The position numbers and the translations under genes are program-made. DNA of 64,000 bases from Octopus vulgaris (Eukaryota): positions 13,702,001 to 13,766,000 of the forward strand of contig OX597816.1 in the NCBI GenBank assembly GCA_951406725.2, in the 5' to 3' direction. Of this stretch, positions 15,940-30,191 are shown one piece after another. The stretch's first letter is position 1. Every line of letters begins with the position of its first letter. Under the pieces are notes generated by a model that did no database searches, was not told where the DNA came from, and saw only the letters and a program-made list of their open reading frames with translations.

Positions 15940-16023
<84 letters not shown>

Positions 16024-16040
16024 CATTATTATTATTATTG

Positions 16041-16190
16041 AGTGAGAGAGCAGTACATGCCATCAAAGTGACACTGGGGTAAAATATACGAAGCCCAGTA
16101 TACCCATCATGACTACTCGTCTGATAAGGGTACAACAGGCACATGCATCACAGCCATATGTGCATGACATGGTGACCTCATATCAAGATA
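16041..16190 (-). mobile_element. Truncated copy of the (TAA)n-targeted element
   Basis: Matches the first 150 bp (plus-strand sense) of 8319-8872. Confidence 0.8.
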
Positions 16191-16295
16191 ATATTATTAT
16201 TATTTGTTCCTAATATTAATGTTTGGTAACTTTATCGATACCATTTTCATCTGTGAATGAAGAACACTTTGTGGTCAGATTGGAAGAACTAGAAA

Positions 16296-16353
<58 letters not shown>

Positions 16354-16585
16354 AGGGAGAAATAGAGAGCGAGTGAGATTGGTTCCGTTACCAATGTAAG
16401 TTAATGTTTTATGGGTTGATCAAGGATTTTATACGTTCTTAGAGACTATCCACACTAGTAGAGAGAAAGAAGACATAAAAACACTGGTGGTGGTGGTGGT
16501 GGTTGTGGTTGTGGTGATGGTGGTAGTGATCACACACACATATATATAACATATACATTATATATACAAATACATATATACATAC

Positions 16586-16652
<67 letters not shown>

Positions 16653-18038
16653 TATAATATGCATAAATATGTACATACATATATACACATATATGTGTAT
16701 ATAAATGTATTTGCGTCTCTATGTTCTTTCTTTCATTTTCTTCCGTTCTTCGTTAGGTGTAATTCTAAGAAACCATACTTCAAAAGACCAATTTCCTCTG
16801 AGAATTGGAATTTCCATTTCAGTTTCGGACTTTTTCTTTCATTATATAATTTTTTTATATATATATACATATATATATATATACATATTTGCATACTCTT
16901 TTTTTATTTACTTTTTAATTAATTCATTTGAAATATATTACTTTAAGGTGGTCATAATTTACTCGCAGACTAAAAGATTTGAATGAAAGTAAGCCAGTGC
17001 ATGTATAAAAGAGAACATGAAACCAACAGACTTTCATATCATACACAAGATTAACAGAGAAATAATTCCCAGAGCACCACGAAGAAATTGCATTATTTTC
17101 TTCATATGAGTTTTCTGTTTTGCTTCTACGCTCTTGTACTGTGACTTATTAGTCGGACCGAAACAGAAAATAGCATTGTTCGTTCACTTGAGGATAACAA
17201 ATTCTAGTATAAAGTATCTTTGCAGTAAACACACTGCAGATAGTTGCATACTGCACAAACGATGAAACTACTGCGATGCGTAAATACAGAGTGTTGTTCT
17301 CTGTGCTGTGGCACAGGTGTGGCTGCGTGGTAAGAAGCTTGCTTACCAACCACGTGGTTCCCGGTTCAGTCCCATTGCGTGGCGCCTTGGGCAAGTGACT
17401 TCTACTACAGCCTCAGGCTGACCAAAGCCTTGTAAGTGGATTTGGTATGCAAAATTTGAAATACAATATATACATATGTATATATTTGTATGAGTGTGTC
17501 TGATGAACCATCCAGACTATACCTACATGGAAATGGGGGCATTAAATGATGACCATGATCATGATATATATATATATATATATATAGGTGAGAGAATTGG
17601 TATGTGAATGTACGTGGTTGGATGTATAAAAGACAAAAAAGAGTGAAAACACAAGTTAGACTAAATAAGGAAACTCACCTCATTGAAAAAAATATATAGC
17701 AAAACCTAACCACTTGTAACATTCTATTCCTTCTAAACCAAAGCATGTTAAATTAATAAAACCTAGTCATTCGCAACATTTTTCATTATCTGCCTTATAC
17801 CGGAAAAAATCCCTGATTATCTTCCCCTGCCTGGAACTCCATATTTCACAACATAGCAAAGACATGACACAATATAGATAAAGAAATTTGAGAAATTTGG
17901 AAAGAAAATACGAAACCGGTTATTTCTCCAAAAACTATGTTACTATACGCAAAATTTTATAACATTTTTCTAACATAATGATTTAAATATATTCTATAAC
18001 ACAGGCCTTCTGTAGTTTTTTACTCTTTTTTGTCTTTT

Positions 18039-18083
<45 letters not shown>

Positions 18084-18174
18084 AATGAGGGTGAAAAGTT
18101 GATATTAATTTAATAATACCATTAATTTAACACCGAGTGGCTTAGCACAAAAAACTACGGAGAAAATACAAATT

Positions 18175-18398
18175 TATACATAAATTATTAGAGAGTTAAC
18201 CACTATGTGGATAACTCTAGTGCTAAAAATAGCCCCGATAGTATAGCCACAGAAAACGATGTTTCCAATTAGAAATAACATACATTTAACGGAAGGAAAG
18301 TGAAATATAACGAATAAATAGATTGACCCTGTGGCTATACTATCGGGGCTATTTTTAGCACTAGAGTTATCCACATAGTGGTTAACTCTCTAATAATT

Positions 18399-18405
<7 letters not shown>
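18175..18405. repeat. Near-perfect inverted repeat (about 87-bp arms) adjoining (AT)n
   Basis: tatacataaattattagagagttaac...gtatagccacag and its reverse complement at 18329-18405+; related degenerate IR at about 18522-18640. Confidence 0.85.
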
Positions 18406-18448
<43 letters not shown>

Positions 18449-18654
18449 ATATAAGGATATTGATTACAACAATATCAGTGGCTTAGCAAGCATGAAAGAA
18501 AACTATAAAGGTAAATAATTATTAATTAGTAATGAAGGGTACTAGAGATAGCACTAGCATGCTAAAATAGTAGTCAGAAATGACTTAAGACAGCTATTTT
18601 AGCATGCTGGTGCTAGCTCTAGTACCCCGCGTTATTAATTTGAATATATATATA

Positions 18655-19045
18655 GGTGCAGGAGTGGCTGTGTGGTAAGTAGCTTGCTTATCAACCACAT
18701 AGTTCTGGGTTCAGTCCCACTGCTTGGCACCTTGGGCAAGTGTTTTCTACTATAACCTCGGACCAACCAAAGCCTTGTGAGTGGATTTCGTAGACGGAAA
18801 CTGAAAGAAGCCAATCATCTGTCAGTGTGTATGTGTATGTGTGTGTGTGTCTGTGTTTGTCCCCTGACCGTTGCTTGACAACTGATGCCAGTGTGTTTAC
18901 ATCGCTGTAACTTAGCACTTTGGCAAAAGAGACCAATAGAATAAGTGCCAGGCTTGCAAAGAATAAGTCCTGGGGTCGATTTGACTAAAGGCAGTGCTCC
19001 AGCCTGGCCACAGCCAAATGACTGAAGCAAGTAAAAGAATAAAAG
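18655..19045 (+). mobile_element. CORE-type SINE, full copy (plus strand)
   Basis: Same family; other plus copies at about 17310-17450, 31955-32350, 51970-53110, 55335-55733, 56610-57045. Confidence 0.85.
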
Positions 19046-19649
19046 AACACATACATACATACATACATATGACATGAAGTGTAAGCGATTAAATAAATGG
19101 AAATAATTAACATTATGCTCATGTCGTTAACGTAAACGATGCAACTGTAAATAGTATCTTTAAACTTGGTCAATTGTTAACTTAGCAAATATAGTCAGGA
19201 GAAGCCCTCACACACAAACACACACACAGATGCAAACACACACACACAGACACAAACACACACACAGACATCTTTAAACTTACAATCATTGCTAACTTTG
19301 AAAATCGTCCAACTCTAAATTAACAAGAAGACAACTTTTACTCGTGTTAATAAAGGTAATTATTCACTTCCTCGGGTTCCATCTCCATCAATATTGAATT
19401 AATGCACACTGCTTGCGATAATATCCTTGAGCAAAGGCGACCAGACTCACTGTGTAATTATAATCTCTCGATCATGACAATTAAGAAATCAGGAAGCAAC
19501 GGAAAAAGTGGAGACTTTAGCAGTCATCATTAAACAGTCCTCCGTTCTTGCAGGTTTATAACAGGGGAGTGTGCCTGGGCAGTGATTTTTGGAAGGCAGT
19601 GGGGGACATTCCAACTGAATCCCTAAAGAAGATGTGCTATTCAAGAAGA

Positions 19650-19853
19650 TGCTGGAAAGTTCCTGGTTTGGGGCAAAAGAAAATATTGGAGGATCAGTTA
19701 ATTATGATTTTATTCAACATATTCCCCTCTCAGATTCACACACTAATTGCAGGAGTCCTTCAGTTTTTCGAAGGCCTGTGAAAGAAGGGGGTAGATTGGG
19801 CCTACAGTCGGGTCTTTTGTGATACCCTTAAAATCAGGAACTTTCAAGCACCC
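19650..19853. mobile_element. Old Tc1/mariner-like MITE
   Basis: Terminal IR tgctggaaagttcctg / caggaactttcaagca. Confidence 0.55.
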
Positions 19854-20794
19854 CATCATACTTTGGTCAAATCTGCAACCATACTGCAAACTATGTTCAC
19901 CATCATTCTAACTAACCAATCTACCACAAGCAAACCCCTACCCAGTGAATTTACCAGTGTAAGAACAAAATTTTCATGTAAGAATTACCACTATGTTTAC
20001 ATTACCCTCACATATGTATCAATCATCTTCGCATCTATCTATATTCTGTCTATATTTGCATTCTGAAGAGATTTACTTAAACCAGTAAATTCAAACGATC
20101 ATAAATGCTACCCTCATCTCATCTTCTTCCTCCTTTGTTATCTATTTAATTAAAGACATACCAGCGAAAACCACGAGTTTTCCATAGTTATTATATCCAT
20201 TTTCTTCTCACATATATATATATATATATATATATATACACCTTCGAAATGCGGAGTAGACGAAACAGGGACAACTGGAGAAGGGGAATATTCCTTGTGT
20301 TGTATGTCTTGTACTCTGTTTTTTCATTGTTTGAAAAATAGTACGTTTCCATGTTTTTGTTTTTATGTTTTCGTTTCTCATTGTGTTCAACGTTTTTCTG
20401 ATGTCCTGTACACATATATGCATGTATATATACATACAGATGTAGGTATGTACATATATGTATACATATATGCATATATTTATATATTATTTATATACAC
20501 TGCCAGATCAGACTGGGCCTGATGCACCCTTCTGGCTTCACAGACCCCAGTTGAACCGTCCAACCCATGCTAGCATGGAAAGCGGACGCTAAATGATGAT
20601 GATGATGATGATATATATATATATATATATATATAATGGGTTTCTTTCATTTTCCGTCTAGCACATCCATTCACAAGGCTTTGGTTAGTTCAAGATTATA
20701 GCAAAAGGCACTTGACCAAGCTGTCACACAAAGGACCATAACCTGGAACCATGTGTCTGGTAAAGAAACTTCTTACCACACAGCCACACCTACA

Positions 20795-20843
<49 letters not shown>

Positions 20844-21015
20844 TCACACACACACACACACACACACACAAAGAGATCCACTGGTAAAACAAACAGAGGC
20901 AGATGAAGTAAAAAAATTTAAATATCATCAAATGTGCAAATTACAAGCCAGGTAAATACAATAAAATAAAAACAAAATGAAGGGATCAACAACAATAAAG
21001 CGAATAAAAGGATAC

Positions 21016-21116
21016 ACTTTTGATATTCCCAATGGTGATTCCTTCTGGAGGAGATGCCATAAATAACAAGCCATATTAAACATAGTCAGTGGCATATGAG
21101 AGGTAAATGGTTCTTC
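21016..21116 (-). CDS. IFT122: IFT122 coding exon, 101 nt: EEPFTSHMPLTMFNMACYLWHLLQKESPLGISK(V)
   Basis: Resembles human [34 protein letters not shown]; acceptor ttccag; followed by U12-type donor GTATCCTTT. Confidence 0.93.
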
Positions 21117-22483
21117 CTGGAAAAGAGAGAAAAAAATAAGAGATATTATTCTTGCACAAAAAAATAAAAAGAAAAAGAAAAAATGGAACAAAAAAGAAAT
21201 CATTGAAAGAAATGTGAATTTATTTATTTATTATATTTTAGGAGCTTGCTTCCTGACCACATGGTTCCGGGTTCAGTCCCACTGTGTGGCACCTTGGGCA
21301 AGTGTCTTGATTGGGCCAATCAAAGCCTTGTGAGTGGATTTGGTAGACAGAAACTGAAAGAAGCCTGTTCTGTATATATATATTTATATATAAGTGTGTG
21401 TGTTTATGTATATAAATATGTCATGCCCCAGCATGGCCGTGGCCTTCGGGCTAAAACATTTTAAAGGATTTAAGGATTTACATATATGTTTGTACTACAG
21501 AGCCAGAGGTGGTTTCATCCGGGTTGGTATCGAAAGGGTTAAGTAAGGAAAGGACACAATAGGCAGTGTATTCCTGACACCTTTAAATAGATGAAAGGAT
21601 CACGGCTGGACTGGCTTTGATAGCTTGATCAGTCAGGGCTGAGGTGGGGGCTAATCAACAACAACAACAACAAGAGAGAATTTTTATTTCTGAAGGAAAC
21701 CATAAATATTTAGGGAATGGATATCGGTTACTAAAAGGTTTTAATAGCAGCGTAAAAGAAAATCAATTGTGTTCAAGCAGAAACTAAAACCAAAGCACAG
21801 ACATAATTTCCTGGTCAGTATAGCCTACATCTTTCACAATTCAGCCTGCCCATCAGCACAATTAAGAATTGATGAGCTTCCCACATCGTCAAAGTTCAAG
21901 TGTCAGCCATGCTTAGCAGTACTTACAGCTCTAATCTGATAATAGCTGGCATTTATTATCTCTGTCAGCAACACCATTTAGGATAGTTTCCAATAATTTC
22001 AGGATCAGAGTGACTGAGTTATTAAAGTGAAAAATCTCTTAACCTGGCTATTGGAAGCTATGATATTGATATATCGCTAATGCTCTCATCTTTAAGTATT
22101 TAACATTCATATTATTTGGCTGTTAGATATGTCGTGATATTCAAATAACAATGATAAAATGTTGAAACGAGAAGAAAACAATAATGTGACAGCCTCTGTA
22201 ATTCGGTGGAATTTTTTTTATTGCTTCCAAAGCCAGTTATGGTCAGTTTAACCCGTTCCTTACCATATTTTTGTACTCTTTACTCTTTTACTTGCTTCAG
22301 TCATGTGACTTTGGCCGTGCTGGAGTACTGCCTTTAGTCGAGCAAATCGATCCCAGGACTTATTCTTTGTAAGCCTAGTACTTATTTTATCGGTCTCTTT
22401 TGCCGAACCGCTAAGTTACGGGGATGTAAACATACCAGCATTGGTTGTCAAGTGATGTTAGAGGGACAAACACAGACACACAA

Positions 22484-22527
<44 letters not shown>

Positions 22528-24443
22528 GTGATAGGCTTCTTTCAGTTTCTGTCTACCAAATCCACTCACAAGGCTTTGGTCGGCCCGAGGCTATAGTAGA
22601 AGACACTTGCCTAAGGTGACACGCAGTGGGACTGAACCCGGAACCATGTGGTTCATAAGCAAGCCCCTTACCACACAGCCACAAGTAGTTTTGTCATCAT
22701 TAAGCTTGGTGTTTGAAACACAAATTGACATGAAATTTTATAAACAGCAGCTCACAAGACAGGACATCTATGTAAGAAACAAATAATTATATTTTTTAAT
22801 TAAATACTCAGTTGTTGATGTAGTTGTTGTTGTTACTGTTGTTGTTGTTTAGCCAGGGATAAGCTTAGACTGATCAGAACTATAACCAAAAGGGATCATA
22901 ATTTTTCTATTATTTTTTAACCCCAACTCATCCTTCCACTTCTTTTTTAAGAGAGCAAGATGTGGTTTGAGGGTGATTTGACAGCTACTTCTAGCACAAC
23001 GAACAATCAGGTAGATAAGATCTTACCTTAACACAGTCATCACGTAAAATTTTTAAAACGACAGTATTATTAGTGCAAACATTAATTTATTTCGAGTAAC
23101 TGAACTAGAATGACTACCAATTAGCAACTAAAAGTGATAATTAAAAAATCTAAATGATGATTTAATATGTGTTTTTTTTTTAAATGCTCAAATGAGAAAA
23201 TTAATTAGCAAAACTAAGTTCATCTTTCTTGAAGAAATTTTAGTTAAATGAATCAACCCCGGTACTAATTTTCTTTTTATAAGCATGGCACTTATTCTAT
23301 TAGTTCTTTTGCCGAACCACTAAGTCACAGGGATGTAAACACACCAACCCTGGTTGTGAAGTAGTAGCGGGGGACAAACACAGACACATATGTACAGGTA
23401 TGTATACAACGGGTTTCTACCCAAATTCACTCGCGAGGCTTTGGTCAGCCTGAGGCGACAGTAGAAGACAAGACACTTGCCCAAGGTGTCACACAGTGGG
23501 ACTGAACCCAGGACCATGTGGTTGGGAAGTAAACATCTTACCGCACAGGCACACCTGCACCTCATTAAAATCATTTTAACATCTGCCACTCTATACTTAC
23601 ACAGCTGAAATGAGAGTACAATGAGGTAGACATTTTCTATAGCCTAGTATCATTCCTGATGCGAACCCCTACTAGTTTTCAAGCGACGTAATAGTCTCCC
23701 AGACTATTGAAGAACTAACAGCCCAGACATGTTTTTGTGGGGAACTGGAAAAGGGCAATGCTGTTTAAGGAGGTTTTTGTTTACATAGATTGCACAACAT
23801 GGTTGGAAGACTGGATGTCCTTTCATGGTGGACTACAATCCAATGACACCAGCAGGAGGCCACTGTTAAACCAAACCAGCATACATAAGAGAAACAAACA
23901 AACAAACACACAGATGGACGGATCGATCAATGGATAAATTGGGGAATATGATGGGCTTCTACAACGTCCATCAAACAAATCCACTTAGAAGGCTTTGGTC
24001 AGTCTGGAGCTTTAATAGAAGACACTAGTGTAAGGTGCTATGCAGTGGGATTGAACTTGAAGCCACATGGTTGGGAAGCAAATTACGATGGATAACTTGC
24101 TTGACTCATTAGAGATGGTAACGACTGTTTTCTGTGGGTTCTTAGAAATCATGAAGAATTCTATTCCCAGAAAAATTCCCAAGTGATACTTCTGACACAC
24201 AAGAAATTCAGTAATGCTTAACTTCTGCATTATTTTCCTTTGAAACGGTAAGTATTTTTAACATCACATTCACATCAGAGATCCACTGCAATTATTGTAG
24301 AGAAGTTCCACAAATGCAGGACTTACTTTATAACATTTGTAGGAATTACTTTATAACATTCTAGAAACTATATTAAATTAACTTGAGTCTCTCACTATTA
24401 GATCAAAGATAACACCATGCAAAGAAAAATTTCAGAAACTTGC
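21117..24443 (-). other. Probable GC-AG intron of IFT122 (3,327 nt)
   Basis: Donor GTG|GCAAGT; gives gap-free HEYV|EEPF against human HRHT|EDPF. Confidence 0.75.
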
Positions 24444-24541
24444 CACATATTCATGTATGTTGTGGTATATGTAATACATTTCAGCTTTTCTTTGGTAGTC
24501 GTGAAACTTGTTCAGCATTTCTCTTTGTTTTTCAGGATGAT
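24444..24541 (-). CDS. IFT122: IFT122 coding exon, 98 nt: (D)HPEKQREMLNKFHDYQRKAEMYYIYHNIHEYV
   Basis: Not in the ORF track; manual translation resembles human [32 protein letters not shown]; acceptor ctgcag, probable GC donor GCAAGT. Confidence 0.9.
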
Positions 24542-24586
24542 CTGCAGAAAAATAAATAAATGAATGAATTAATTAATTAATAATGA

Positions 24587-24900
24587 CAAGAGCACTCAGA
24601 GAGTGCAAACCTCTATCAAAGCAACACCAACGTCCTCTCAACAATTAGCCAGAAATGATTTTTAAAATGAGAATATCTGAAATAAACTCAACTGTTCTCA
24701 CAAACGAAAATACTAAAAATGAATCTAGCCGCTCTCAAAAATTAAGTTAAAAACAAAAGCAGAAAAATAATCCAGAATCATTGTCTGGTACCAGATCGAT
24801 TCCAAAATCTAATTGGCTCATGCCAGTTACACGACCAAACATCCCTAGAAGTTTTATTTGAATCCACCCAGCAGTTCATAGGATATCTTGTCCACGGACA
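24587..24900. mobile_element. Helentron/DINE-like non-autonomous remnant
   Basis: Terminal acaagagcactcagagagtgcaaacctc hairpin and aaaatctaat/gaatcc motifs. Confidence 0.45.
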
Positions 24901-24963
24901 AGAATTGTGACTTCCCTAACCAGGATGTGAGTTCTTAGTTGCAATTCCAAACATCCAAATGCA

Positions 24964-25347
24964 CGAGGGTGAGTCAAAAAGTAATGCCATTTTGTTTAGG
25001 ACAGGTATAATTACCAACACAGGAACATGTATCATACATCAAAATGAAGCTGGTCCTCTGTGGTTCACATCCCTACTTCTCAACATAGTCATATTATTCC
25101 AGTGATGAGGAAGTGAAAACTGTAGTGAAGAAGTGGCTCAAAGAACAGTCAACAGAATTTTACGGGGCAGAGATACATGCTCTCGTTTGAAGGAGGAACA
25201 TTGCTATTGAGAGAAATGGTGACTATGTTGAGAAGTAGGGATGTGATCCACAGAGGACCAGCTTCATTTTGATGTATGATACATGTTCCTGTGTTGGTAA
25301 TTATACCTGTCCTAAACAAAATGGCATTAGTTTTTGACACAACCTCG
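24964..25347 (+). mobile_element. Mariner-derived MITE with long TIRs and a transposase C-terminal remnant
   Basis: About 125-bp TIRs (CGAGG..CCTCG, TA on the right); interior reads YSSDEEVKTVVKKWLKEQSTEFY..IERNGDYVEK*. Confidence 0.85.
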
Positions 25348-25416
25348 TACATTTGGATGTTTTAATTGCAACTATGAACTCACATCCTGGTTAGGGAAGT
25401 CACAATTCGAAGGTGT

Positions 25417-25453
<37 letters not shown>

Positions 25454-26674
25454 ATGTGTGTGTATCTTTGTGTCTGTGTTTGTCCCCACTATTATTGTTT
25501 GACAACCAATGTTGGTACATTTACATCCCTGTAACTTAGCAGTTCATTAAAAGAGACCAATACGATAAGTATCAGGCTTACACACAAATATATCCCAAGG
25601 TTGATTTCTTCGACTAAAAGGCAATGCTCCAGCATGGCCACAGTCAAATGATTGAAAGAAGTAAAAAAATTATAAAGTACATAAAACATTTTAAACCATT
25701 TCCTTTTTCTTTTATCAGGTCACTTGCTATGCAAGTATATCTCCAAAATTTTTTACCATTATTTTTCGTAAATATTTCAATCGTTTCTTAGAAGCGAGAA
25801 GAATAAACAGAAAATAAATAAACGATTTTGCAATTGGAGTCCCTCCCAGATTCCAGTTACAGAACCATCAAATGGAAACGCAACATTATTATTATTGAAT
25901 TGGTCGATCAAAACAAGAAGAAGAAAAAGTTGAATGCAAGCAACACTGCTTCAGATTATAAACTTTGGGTCAGTAGACCAGTTGTCTCTTTGGAAAAAAT
26001 CGGCAACAGCACAGTTCCATTTAATCTGCGTTGTAGTAGTAGTAGTAGTAGTAGTAGCAATAATGATGACGATGATGATGATGAAGATGATGATGGAAGA
26101 CAAAAAACGAGAGATCTAAAACAGACATTGAAGAAAACAGTTCATTTAAAAGTAAAGATCAAAGATTCCAAATAAACGTTTGGTATTTTAAATACATTCC
26201 AGATATTTTATTTTTGTTCTGTTTTTGTTTTCGTTTTTTTTTTTAATAATTTTTCTTTTTTAACATGACATGAAAATAAACCAAAAAAATGAAAATAAAT
26301 AACTAAATAAATAGATAAATCATAAAACACATTTCTTCAGTATGTAACATTTTAGTATGAGGAAGACATATACACCAAGACGATCAGCGTCATCATCATC
26401 ATAATTGTCATCACGATCGTCATAATCCTCACCACCATCACCTATCATCGTTGCTGGCACCAGCGGCATTATACCCATTTAAAAACAGTTCCTCATGCTA
26501 CTTTCGCAGTCTGAGATAGCAAACAGATAGCAAACAAAACTTCACAAAGTGTATGTAGTGAAATGTTTTATGAGTCGGTTTATGGAGCGGAGTACAAGAA
26601 AAGCGTGGAATTAACGGCAGCGATCTGAAGAGATCATGGAATCGGTAACGATATGTGCTTCGACATGGTTTAAT

Positions 26675-27340
26675 ATGTGCATGTGTACATGTGCAATCTG
26701 AGAATGTGTGTGTGTGTGTATTTGTATACGTGTGGGTGTGTGAATGTGTGTGTGTGTGTGTATTTGTATGCGTGTGTGTGTGAAAGTGTGTGTGTATTTG
26801 TATGTGTTTGTGTGACAGTGTATGTGCATATGTATGCATGTGTGTGACAGCGTGTGTGTATTTGTATGCGTGTGTGTGTGTGAATGTGTGTGTGTATTTG
26901 TATGCATGTGTGTCAGTGTGTGTGTGTGCGACTGTGTATTTGTATGCATGTGTGTGACTGTGTGGATTTGTTTGCATGTGTGTGACAGTGTGTGTGTATT
27001 TGTATGCATGTGTGACAGTGTGTGTGTGTGTGTGTGCATGTGCAAATGTGTGTGGGTTTGCATATGCATGTGTGTGTGTGAATGTGTATGTATGTGTGAA
27101 TGCAAATGTGAATGTGTGTGTGTGTGTGGGTGCATGTATGAGTATTTGTGTGTGCATGTGTTGTGTGTGTCTGTGTGAGTGTGTGTATGAGTGTGTGCTT
27201 GTATGTGGGCATGCGAGTATGTATGTGTGTGTGTGAATGTGTACATGTTTTTGTGTGTGTGTGTGTGTCTGTCTGTCTGTCTGTCTGTCTGTGTTTGTGT
27301 GCAAAAGAGAGAAAAAAGAAATTTATGTATGGATGATTGG

Positions 27341-27375
<35 letters not shown>
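26675..27375. repeat. Complex (GT)-rich microsatellite/minisatellite
   Basis: Repeated gtgtgtatttgtatgcatgtgtgtgaca units. Confidence 0.9.
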
Positions 27376-27377
<2 letters not shown>

Positions 27378-27879
27378 CTTAATACTGTTGATACAACTAA
27401 TACATGCATCTGTGGGTGTAATCTTTGCAGAAACTCCAAAATACATACAATAAAAAATAAAATAAGAAACTAACAAAACAAATTTAAACAATTTCAGTTT
27501 TTTCCCTCTTTTTTTGCCTCTTTCTTTTTCAGCTTAACAATACCAAAAACAGGGAAAGGAATGATAAACGAATAAAAATAAAATTTAAATAATTTCAAAA
27601 AAAAAAAAAAAAAGAGAATTTTTGAAGTTTCTTTAAATATTGACCACTAACTGATATATTATCAAACCGAAAAAAAAAAAAAGAAAAAAAGGAAAGAAAT
27701 GTTCAGATTACATTTACTAATAATGTTATGCTAATAGAAATGTACCTTATTCCAAACTTTCAGATGCTTCTAAAAATTTTCTTAATATGCACGCAAGAAA
27801 TATTCACAGGTATTCAATAATATATTTTGAACAAAAGACATCTTAAAATTTCCATTAAGTTGTCATAAATGGATATGTA

Positions 27880-27938
<59 letters not shown>

Positions 27939-28052
27939 ATTTTATTTATGGAGAGAGATTTTGATAAATGAAACAAGCATACACATATAGATATCTGTAT
28001 GTATGTATGTATGTATGTATGTCTGTGTCTGTCTGCGTATCTGTATGTGTGT

Positions 28053-28093
<41 letters not shown>

Positions 28094-28448
28094 TATATAC
28101 ATATACTTTTATACATATATTCATATATGTACATACATACATACATACATAAATAAATACAAACATATATATATATATGCAGATACATACATAAGTAAAT
28201 ATACATACATACATAAGTAAAAATAAACAAGTAGATGTATATATCTAGATGTAGGAAAATATCTTTTTATCTGTTGGCCTATATATATATTTGTGTTTGT
28301 GTGTATATATATGTGTGCAGATATGTATATGCAAGTGTATACAAATGTACATATTTATTTGTCTATATTCTCTTACTCCATTTCTCTTTCTCTCTTTCCC
28401 TCTCTGTATACACACCCACACACACACAAGTGTATGTATGCATTTGCA

Positions 28449-28504
<56 letters not shown>

Positions 28505-28878
28505 TACTCTTTACTCTTTTATTTGTTTCAGTCATTTAGTCAAACAAATCAATCTCAGGACTTATTCTTTGTAAGCCTAGTATTCATTCTATCAGTCTCT
28601 ATTGCAGAACCGCTAAGTTAGGGGATGTAAACACACCAGCATTGGTCATCAAGCGATGTTAGGTGGGGGGTAATTAAGGCACACAAACACACACATATAT
28701 ATATACATATACATATATACAACGAGCTTCTTTCAGCTTCCATCTACCAAATCCACTCACAAGGCTTTGGTTGGCCTGTGGCTACAGTACAAGATACTTG
28801 CCCAAGTTGCCACGCAGTGGGAATGAACCCAGAGCTATGTGGTTGGTAAGCAAGCAACTTACCACACAGCCACTCCTG

Positions 28879-28972
<94 letters not shown>

Positions 28973-30191
28973 TAGGCACAGACTTGGCTGCATGGTTAAG
29001 AAGTTCACTTCACCATCACATTTCACATCCACTCCCTTCATGACCCTTGGGCTAGTGTCTTCTGCAAAATCCCAGCACCAACCAAAGCTTTCTAAATCGT
29101 ATTGGTAGACAAAAGCTGAAAGAGGCCTCTCTTCATGTCTTTCCACCTCTAGATCCCACCCTGACACCTCACCACCACTGTCTAATTAACAACCCACCAC
29201 AAGCAAGAAATCTTGAGAAGAAACTAGGAATAACCAACGTAATTTATAAATTTTATTATAAAAATGAAGTTGCAAATATCATGACTCCAACTGCCTCATT
29301 TGGTCAGACAGACAATATAACTTTCCCTTGTAAGTGCACTATGCATTTAAAACAAAGAGCATTAGCAGCATGCTACTATACACACCATTGAGCTAGATAG
29401 TAAAACATTAGCAGAAAATACATCCATACTTTATAGAACCCTTTACAGAAACAGACACTTGATTAGGGAAGTAATTCTAATATCATAACACAAGACTACA
29501 ATTAATATACAATGTATGCATGTTGAAAATGTGAATCCAATGACAAAGAGCTCTAAACTTTCTAAGAATCTAATTTTGGGTGTAAAGCCTGCATAAACAT
29601 AAAGCCACCCGCTTTAAAAATGTAGCACGCAAGCCAAAGCTACAATACATCCTGAAGATGAGGCTGAGATAGTCTGGAAAAGTTGATATAGATGGATTTC
29701 TAAAAATTTGCTTTGTTCCATACGAACTAACAAGGTCTGATATACAGATGCACAAAATTTCTCAATGAAAAAGGAGCTGCATTTTGAATATATGCATGTG
29801 CATATAAAGCACACAAATATATGCGTATTTATCATGAACCCGAGTGTGTGGGTGTGTATATGTATCTATATACATACATATATATATATATATATACACA
29901 CATACACACATACACATACATATATATATACATGTTCTTTTATTCTTTGACTTGTTTCGGTCATTTTGACTATGGCCATGCTGGAACATCATCCTTTAGC
30001 TGAAGAAATCTACCCCTGGACTTATTCTTTGTAAGCCTGGTACTTAATCTGCCAGTTTCTTTTGCCAAACTGCTACATTACAGGGACATAAACACACCAA
30101 CATTGGTTGCCAAGCGATGATGAGGGAAGAAACACAGACATAAACAGACAGATACATACATACAAACATACATAATACATATATATATATA

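Larger units (their letters stand above)
7435..21015 (-). other. U12-type (minor spliceosome) GT-AG intron of IFT122, 13,581 nt
   Basis: 5' splice site GTATCCTTT (21007-21015); branch-point-like TACCCTTAAT at 7446-7455, about 10 nt before the AG; no polypyrimidine tract; the join preserves the reading frame (GT|A = Val). Confidence 0.88.

Noticed and set aside
26498-27491. Long His/Thr- and Cys/Val-rich ORFs (up to 268 aa)
   Set aside because: Translations of (CA/GT)n complex microsatellite, open in several frames on both strands.
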